This document shows positions 55,503 to 64,000 of a stretch of DNA of 64,000 nt, piece by piece. A program made the position numbers and the translations under genes. The notes under the pieces are model-generated. The model ran no database searches, was not told the DNA's origin, and saw only the letters and a program-made list of their open reading frames with translations. The number at the start of each line of letters is the position of its first letter. The stretch's first letter is position 1. Source of the DNA: Octopus sinensis (lineage: Eukaryota); contig NC_043006.1 in assembly GCF_006345805.1 (NCBI RefSeq), positions 50,282,001 through 50,346,000 of the forward strand. The letters are read 5' to 3'.

Positions 55503-56157
55503 TGTATGTATGTATGTATGTATGTATGTGTGTTTGTATGTATGTATGTATGTATGTATGTATGTATGTATGTCTATATGAGTGTATGTATGTATATTCT
55601 TACCTTTTTCTTATCAATTTTAGAGTAAATTTTCCGGCCCCCTATATAGTGTGAGGTTATTTATGAAAGAAAGTATCTTCCCTTAACCATCATGCTTCAA
55701 ATCTTAAGAAGGTCTTGCAGATTTCCATAGTCCGGGATATCGTGATCATTTGTAGCATATTAATTAAGGATTTATATTCTCTTCGTAAGATTCCAAGTTC
55801 AACCATATTTTGCTCCAGGCGGGTTGATACATATCCTGTTGCCCTAACAATAATAGGTATGAAGCTGAAATTGTATCTTGGGTACTGGATTTGCTAACTC
55901 ATTATCAATAGTTCGTAAATGTTCACTCTCCCGTGTCTTCGTGTCCAGAGAGCAGCTGATTTCCACAACAGAACATACCTTTTCTTTGTGGTCCCACACA
56001 ATGATTATTCGTTTTAAATTAATGGGTGTTTCAAATTTTAAAGTTTCATCCTTATTTTTTGACGCATCGGTTTCAAAATATTCGTTTGTAGATTTGTAGA
56101 TATATTTTTGTCATCCTGCTTTTTGGTCAATGCATGATAATATATATATATATATAT

Positions 56158-56189
<32 letters not shown>

Positions 56190-56212
56190 ATATATGTATG
56201 TATATATGTATG

Positions 56213-56246
<34 letters not shown>

Positions 56247-56822
56247 GTATGTATGTATGTATGTATGTGTGTTTGTATGTATGTATGTATATACAGATAG
56301 AAAGATAAATGCACGCAAATATTCCATATACATTGTATATATGTATATGCCCATACATAACCGTATAGACGTGTATGTATGTATATATATGCATGTGTGT
56401 ATTTATATATGTGTTTATATATGTTTGGATAGATAGATGGGGGATGGATAGATGTACGAATGTGTTTATCACTAAGATAAGAAATAGCTGTCAACTCATT
56501 CTAAGGAGCCTTCTGAGCATTGCAAGGAATTTATTTTACAGGTGCTATAACTTCTAACAGTTAGGTATAAGAGGTATTAGATGTAACTGTGCATGAGAGA
56601 AAAGTGTGTGAATAAAGCACGTAATACGTATGATAATATAGCAATATTTAAAAGGCAGGCAGATATTTATAAAGCGTTCAGTGTTAAACGAATTTGATTA
56701 ACTATATCCAACAATCAGCTAACAATAAATGCAAGTAGAATACACAAGGTAATTCTTCATGTATGACAAGCAAATCTAAATATCGTTTAGAAGAATTTCA
56801 AGAAATTCGAAATAAAAGACAG

Positions 56823-57045
56823 CAAGAACAAGAATGGTGAAAGCCACATCTTTAATTGGTGATTAAACCATACATTACTGACGAGCGTTACTATTGTGTC
56901 AGCATATTTTGATTCAGAAAAAGGGATAAAACTATTTTTTATACCTTTTTCTGTATATAAATATACTGACACAGTGGAAACGATAATCAGTAATGCATGG
57001 TTTAATCGCCAATTAAAGACATGATTTTCTCCATTTTTATTCTTG
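56823..57045. repeat. Fold-back palindrome, about 110-bp arms
   Basis: tctttaattggtgattaaaccatacattactga / tcagtaatgcatggtttaatcgccaattaaaga; centre cagaaaaagggataaaa / ttttatacctttttctg. Confidence 0.8.
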
Positions 57046-57110
57046 TTTATACACACACATATATGTATACATATATATATAATGTTTACGTATACATGCG
57101 TGTATATGTA

Positions 57111-57155
<45 letters not shown>

Positions 57156-57309
57156 TATATATATATATGTGTGTGTGTATGTGTATACATGTACACATAC
57201 ATATATTTACAATTAAATTCTTAGTTTACTTGTTTGACAGGTAATTTGATTTGAGATATGTTGAAAATGTAACAATTGCATCAGGAAAAAACAATGATAA
57301 CCTTCAAAT

Positions 57310-57358
<49 letters not shown>

Positions 57359-58507
57359 TATATATATATATTTACATTTACATACTACTTCTGAAGTACA
57401 CTGGCGTGCATTAAACTATGCTATATTCTACTGTCAGCGAGTTCGTGTTCCCTTCTGATTGTAATAAATTCAAAGCTTGTCGATATTCAGCAAATATTAT
57501 AACTATTAATACAATATACAGTATGGCTCATTTGGTCGAGATTTCGAGTTTTTCACTTTTCTTGCTTTTGTTGAGGCACCACAGAGATGATTAGCACAAA
57601 TAGATGAATTCTACATCTTGTGTTAGTAGTCTTGTCTGTCACTTTAAACATATACTAACAACACACACGTTTCTATATAAATATATTTATATATAAACAC
57701 ATGTTAATGAAATCAGAGAAATTAAAACGCAGCTTAACTGTGGTTAAAAACATTTTTATGATTCTGTATTAGATTTTATGTGAAAAAACACTATAACAAG
57801 AGTTTCGTTGTGAGAAGCACTATTAAACGCATCATCATCTGTAGATGTGTATTTACCAGGAACCGAGACAAAGTTTTTGAAAGTTTTTGTAGGAAAAAGG
57901 CTCTTAAATATATATAATACTATTTCATACCTAAATGCAAAATAACCTTCTAAACGTTAGGGATGGTATCAGCGATAATTCATAAGTAACTCAGTATGTT
58001 TAAATAACTCAATAAGTTCATTTCGAACTCTATTTAAATGTTAATATTAATGTTGCACAAAAACGAGGCTGTTATGCAATTGTCTCGCAAGGTCGGGAAT
58101 CTTCTCGTATAAAACAAAACAACAACAGCAACAATAATGAAAACATGAGAATGATAATACCTGGATCGATTACTCTTATAATTGCACTCTTATCATCACA
58201 GTGAATTGCATAATATGAGTATTACATACTGTTGTGTGGATGCTCCCAGACGATGAAGTAGGCTGGCCCAATACGTAGATATAGTATTGCAACGTAAATT
58301 GTGACGTAACTAATATATTATTAAGAGAAGTTAACAGTTTCCCCGTGTTTATGAATGGCGAAAATAAGTTTCCTGCTGTAAAACTGAAATATATCGAAAT
58401 ATACTTATGTATGTATGTTACTCATACAGACATACGTATAAAACGAAATAGTGTGTGTGAATATAATTATATGTGTGCACCTGTATATGTACATGTGAAA
58501 CAACACA

Positions 58508-58700
58508 TCTACATCTATTATGTAAAATCCGTTCTGTCGGCCTGTCTGCGTGTGTGTCTTCTCGGATCTCGGGCATCCTCCATCCGATGGCGCTCAAATT
58601 CGATATGTAGATACCGACGGTATCAGAGCGTGTATAAGTCTTGAAAAGATTACAAAAATCAATTCCAGGTGAGAACGCGATCGATAAAGCCGTTTTTGTC
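58508..58700 (+). mobile_element. Possible non-autonomous Helitron-like 5' end
   Basis: tctattatgtaaaa followed by tctgtc/tgtgtgtct and ccgat..tcaaattcgatatg, resembling such 5' ends; no 3' end identified. Confidence 0.35.
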
Positions 58701-59861
58701 CCGCTTTTCTTCCGTCAACCTATACATAACTGCACCTTCCATTTTTTTTTGTTTTTGTACTGCTTAAAGGCATGTTTCTTTCCTGCCAAGCTTACTGTTT
58801 AAACCATGTTTGTGTCCTCCCAGTCAACAGCCTTATCATTACTGGTACTTCAAACTCTTCGGTTGCATATTTGTGTGTATAAAATCGTTTTTCTTTGGAA
58901 TAGAAAGTCTATCTTTATTTCTTCTTTTGCTGGTGTCTCAAATTTAAGTTAAATCGGTGTTTCTCAAAGAGGAGGCCTATGGGACGGTCAGACAAGTTGT
59001 TTTGAGAAAATTTGGTTTAAATGTTTGACAATTTCTTTTATTCCTTTACTTGCTTCTCTCACTGGGTAGTAACCATGTCACTGGGTATTAATCATGTTAT
59101 GGCACTGCCTTGAAGAGTTTGGTCAATGAAACCCACAAAGGTTGTGCCGTAAAACACATATTTAAAAAAAAAATTCTGATAAATATTCTATCGATACGGT
59201 TATTCAAAACTGCAAGTTTACAATGATGTTAACAAAGCAACAGTAGTCTTAAGCGCCGATACATAAACGCAAGCAGTGACGCGTGGGCGCACGTGCACAC
59301 ACACATCCGATGGGATTCTGCATAGATTCTGTCTACATAATTCACTGAACCTAAAGACACTTTGTTGCGTTGCGAACTATATAAAAGAAAGAGTTTTTGA
59401 AGTTTTGAGCAGAGTTCTTTGTCAGAAAGAAGAGAAGGCAAATTCCAAAGGAGAGGAAATCACCAACAGCATGTGTGTGGTTACATATGTATATACATAC
59501 TCGCACACACAAGCCGGATGGTCATGATTAAGATACATTTGTTCCTAGATCTGTTCAATCAAGTTAAAGTAAGGTCTATAAGTTTTTATATAACACGAAA
59601 ATGTTGTCACTGCACTGCAGAAAAAAAAGCTGATCCCGAAAGAACTGACCCCATTGCAACAAGACATATTTTTAAATGGCAATTGAAATTCTTTCACTAA
59701 AGGGAGAACTTGAATATGTGCTCGTCTGCTTCTTCTACCATAATGTTTTTCCTTTCTTCTATTATTTATTTTTAAGACATCTTTCCGCGAAAATCAAATT
59801 AAATAAAATTTGAGATTTTTTTGCGGAGGGGTAAAAATGGTAACAAAAATTTTCATTGAAG

Positions 59862-59923
59862 TCATGTATCGCCTTGACCTTCGAAACGTGGAGTAGATGA
59901 AATTAAGGCGACTGAAGAAGGGG
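59862..59923 (+). ncRNA. Putative non-circularly permuted hammerhead ribozyme
   Basis: TCATGT A TCGCCTT GA CCTTC GAAACGTGG..AAGGCGA CTGAAGA AGGGG. Confidence 0.65.
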
Positions 59924-60657
59924 AATGTTCCTTGTTTTGTATGTCCTGTACTCTATTTTTTCGTTGTTTTAAAAAATGTCCATTTCCTTGGCTTTGTGTT
60001 TATGTCTTCGTTTCTCATTGTGTTCGACGTTTTTTTGGTGTCCTGTACCCATATATGCATGTATATATACATGTAGAGGTAGGTACGTATATATATGTAT
60101 GTATATATGCATATGTTTTATTTATTTATTAATTTATCATATGACGGAACGCACGCATCCATTTCTAAGTAAGATTGTTCTTAATATTAATAATGACGCG
60201 CACTCTTAACCTTTCTCTCCCCTCCCTTTCTCAGCCTTCATTCTTTTGGCTTTCCTTTTCTTCTACCTTACTGTCTCTCCCTCTCTCTCTCATTCTTCAT
60301 TCTTTTCTCTACAACCATTCCCTTTTTTTCTCTCCCTTTCTTTTACTCCTCCTCCTCCCTCCCGTCGCGGTCACGTGATGAGATGGCTATTTCTGTCTTT
60401 CTTCTCCTGGCCTCCTTTAAGTAGAGACGGTAAAATCTATTGCTCTCTGCTGTTCTCAAAGAATAGCGTTCGTAAAATTTTTTTATCTCGTTTGGCTTAA
60501 CAGCCCTTCTTGTTTGTGTTACTATTATTCTCCGTGTCCTGTCTTTTACTGTTTATATTTTGTACTGTCGTTACTGTCCTGTTTTTGTTACCATTTTTAC
60601 CCCTCCTCAAAAAATTTATTTAATTTCATTTTCGCGGGAAGGAAATTTTCATTGAAG

Positions 60658-60719
60658 TCATGTATCGCCTTGACCTTCGAAACGTGGAGTAGATGAAATT
60701 AAGGCGACTGAAGAAGGGG
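60658..60719 (+). ncRNA. Putative non-circularly permuted hammerhead ribozyme, second copy
   Basis: Identical to 59862-59923. Confidence 0.65.
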
Positions 60720-60932
60720 AATTTTCCTTGTTTTGTATGTCCTGTAGTCTATTTTTTCGTTGTTTTAAAAAAATGTCTATTTCCTTGGTTTTGTATTTAT
60801 GTTTTCGTTACTCATTGTCTTCGACGTTTTTTTGGTGTCCTGTACCCATATATGCATGTATATATACATGTAAAGGTAGGTACGTGCATATATGTATGTA
60901 TATATGCATATATTTTATTTTATTTATTAATT

Positions 60933-60975
<43 letters not shown>

Positions 60976-61053
60976 TATATATATATTGATAAAAATGGTA
61001 AGACAACAAAGAATGAAAGAGACCTCCATATTATGTAAATAGAGGAATTTATC

Positions 61054-61270
61054 TGTAAATGTAATATGTGACAATTATTCGGTAGCCATGATAAAACTCC
61101 GAGTTTCGGATGCCGGGGTGGAAATCCACACCGACATCTCTTCAGTTATCCGGCCATTTTTTCCTATGGCCGAATAACTGAAGATATGGGCGGCGTGGAT
61201 TTCCATCTCGGCATCCGAAACTCGGAGTTTTATCATGGCTACCGAATAATTGTCACGTATTACATTTACA
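61054..61270. repeat. Near-perfect palindrome (about 105-bp arms) with a type I HHR on each strand
   Basis: 61054-61157 vs 61166-61270; minus HHR 61090-61150, plus HHR 61174-61234. Confidence 0.85.
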
Positions 61271-61292
61271 TATATATATATATATATTATAT

Positions 61293-61434
61293 TAAATTAG
61301 AGATAAAACCACTATTAGGCAAATCAAACAGTGAGAAACATAAGCCAATACATAAAATTAATTTTAAAATAAATAAAATAAAATAAAAATAAAAAATTAA
61401 TTAATAAATAATTAATAAATAATATAAATATAAA

Positions 61435-61492
<58 letters not shown>

Positions 61493-61636
61493 TATATATA
61501 TTTGTATATATATATTTAAAATTTATAAGTTTAAATTATTTAAATAATTTTTTTAATTTTAACTTTTATATTTTTAAATTAATTTTATGTATTGGCTTAT
61601 ATTTTTCGCCTAATAGTGGTTTTATCTCTAATTTAT
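61293..61636. repeat. Inverted repeat around (TA)n
   Basis: aaattagagataaaaccactattaggc..ataagccaatacataaaattaattt vs aaattaattttatgtattggcttat..gcctaatagtggttttatctctaattt. Confidence 0.75.
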
Positions 61637-61727
61637 ATAATATATATATTAATAAAATATATTTATACTATAAATTGAATTTAATCCTAAATCTAATTTT
61701 TCCCTGTAAGTTTGGATTTATTCCCTA

Positions 61728-61770
<43 letters not shown>

Positions 61771-62455
61771 TGCTATATATATATATATACTATATATATA
61801 TATATATATATACGTGTGTGTGTGTATGTTATTTATATTGTATGTGTGCATTACATTAGCCGAGTTGATTCGTTTATGTGTGTTCTATGGCTATGTATAA
61901 TTGTAGTGCTGCCTAGTTTGTTGTTTGAATGTGTGCGTGTTTGTCTGTGTATGTATGATATTACTGTGAATGATTTTGTATGTCTTTTATTGTCTTTTAT
62001 TACAGTTGTATTAATGTGAGTGTTGCTGTGTCGTTGCACATGTCCTTGATCTCTATATGTATAAATGGGTGTGAAATATATGTAATGCACGCATGCGTTC
62101 ATTGTTGGTTTCTGCGTGCCGGTTAAGTGTATTCCTGTGCTCTAGCTATTGCCTACGAGTTGGGTTTGCGTGTTTTGTCATGAATATATTTATAGAATCT
62201 TTTATTGAAGAAATATTGAAGGCGTTTATGTGTTTGTACATATATTTATGCCCGTGAATACGTGCAGGGGCGGAAAATGTGCTTTTGGGTTTGTGTTGTG
62301 TGTGTATATTTTGTTGTGTGCATATTTTGATGCATGTGTGGAGATGTAAGTATATGTCAGTGTTACATGATGATATGCATGTTGAAGTAAAAGGAGTTAG
62401 TGCTTGAACTCAGAAGGAGTGAACGTTTGAAGATGTATACCAACACACCCACATG

Positions 62456-62491
<36 letters not shown>

Positions 62492-62495
<4 letters not shown>

Positions 62496-62614
62496 CGTGA
62501 CTACCGTGACCCACCAGGCTATCAGATGTTGCTACACATCGCTGGTCACAATGCGCTTCGCATTGTTTTTAGCCTTCAAATGACGCCACCCCGCTGGCTA
62601 AGCGAGCAGGCCAA
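62492..62614 (-). mobile_element. SINE family C, 3' tail
   Basis: Reverse complement of about 49369-49475. Confidence 0.75.
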
Positions 62615-62665
62615 GTTCAGCACAAAGAATAGTCTGCACCTGAAGAAATGTTTTGGATTTTACAG

Positions 62666-62713
<48 letters not shown>

Positions 62714-64000
62714 GTATTGCTGTTTAAGTATCACAATACATATCTTTGGGTGCTACTGACAGTTCCACACGTATCTGAAAATCCAAAACATTTCTTCAGG
62801 TGCAGACCATTCTTTGTGCTGAACTAAGAACATTAAATATGATGTGGGACGTGGGAATTTAAAAGTGATGGTTGTAAGTCGACATTTTTTTAAAGTGCTA
62901 GTCGGAAACAAAGTAAACACAGAAAACATGGCTGATACAGCACCTTTTGTGTCATATGCCTATGGAATAACTGAATCTACCTTTACGCTGCACGTTTGGG
63001 TTGAATCTGATTGAAAGCAGCAGTTATAATCACAGGAAATCAGCGAAGATATGTTATATCTGTTGTAACCAGTCTATAATGCTGTATATAAATCTAACTT
63101 TGAACATATTTCCTAACGATCGTCAACAATCTTTTAAAAATAATTTATATTTTTATCTATTTATATCACGACCAGTTTTTGTCGCATATTACTTAATTAA
63201 TAAGGCTACTAAATCATGTGGAACACATTGCACCGAAGATGATAAGAAACAGCGAAGCAATTTAGCTCTAAATATTGAGAAATTAAAAGCTGAAGATGAA
63301 TTTAAATATTAAAAAACTAATTATAGAAAAAAAGAAATATGTTTTTAATTACGTCATTAAGATTTAAGAAAAAACATTGTGCAACGCTTCTTTCCATTGA
63401 AAGAAAGAAAGAAAGAGAGAAAGAGAGAAAAATGTATCGAACTGCTAATAGTAAACCTGCTCTCATTTATATATAGTTTTCTTCTTACTTTTCCTTCCTC
63501 AGTTTCTACAAGGTTTATTCACATTATTTTGAGTCTAATGTGGCTCAAGTTTCATTTAATTGCATTTCCAGCTAATATATTTCGCTTATTTAAATTCAAT
63601 ATAAAATGTCACCAAAGATATGTCAAATTCTTATTTATACATCTCCAATAACTAATACGATATGATTGTCTCCCTGAACTGAATTTATATTAGGACATAA
63701 TTTAAATATCTGCTGTGATAATTTTTCTATACCTCTGGTCTTGAACATTCCAATTGAACTGAGGTATGAATAATATTTATGTTTTGAAAATAGCTCGAGA
63801 ATATAATAACTTTGCCTGTTTTGCATTTGTTATTTTTTTCTCTCTCACAAAAATAATCGACTTCCTTACCTTTCCCACTCAAAATTTCATATACGCACGC
63901 GCGCGCATGCAGACGTATTCACACTTTAAAATTGAAGTCTTACAAGACGAACCTCGAGCAAGTAATCAGTTTATTCAATTGTACACACACACACACGCAC

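Larger units (their letters stand above)
59782..60935 (+). mobile_element. Retrozyme-like non-coding element: two direct repeats of about 285 bp, each with a permuted HHR, plus an inverted 5' segment
   Basis: About 59847-60135 is repeated at 60643-60933; 59782-59849 is inverted relative to about 60582-60640. Confidence 0.78.

Noticed and set aside
59878-59923. Ordinary type II hammerhead reading using the GUA at 59893-59895
   Set aside because: Gives only a 2-bp stem III and no stem I; the permuted reading gives 6-7 bp helices that covary between copies

Overview
AT-rich eukaryotic intergenic or intronic DNA, most likely from an octopus (inferred from the SINE families and the extreme microsatellite density). 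I could not support any host protein-coding exon, and nearly all ORFs in the track are microsatellite read-throughs. The window is a mosaic of tRNA-derived SINEs, decayed mariner transposons, MITEs and non-LTR fragments (two R4/Dong-like, one Tx1-like, two CR1/L2-group). It also holds Penelope-like elements (PLEs), one with a long RT + GIY-YIG ORF. The most notable signal is a set of non-coding repeats carrying hammerhead ribozyme (HHR) cores. One family (59862-59923, 60658-60719, 32730-32791, 52964-53026, 36425-36487) appears to fold as an HHR whose three strands are in a non-circularly permuted order, supported by compensatory changes between copies. This family sits in direct repeats 796 nt apart, like a retrozyme. 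Conventional type I PLE-style HHRs and many fold-back palindromes are also present. All structures were paired by eye and need computational and experimental confirmation.
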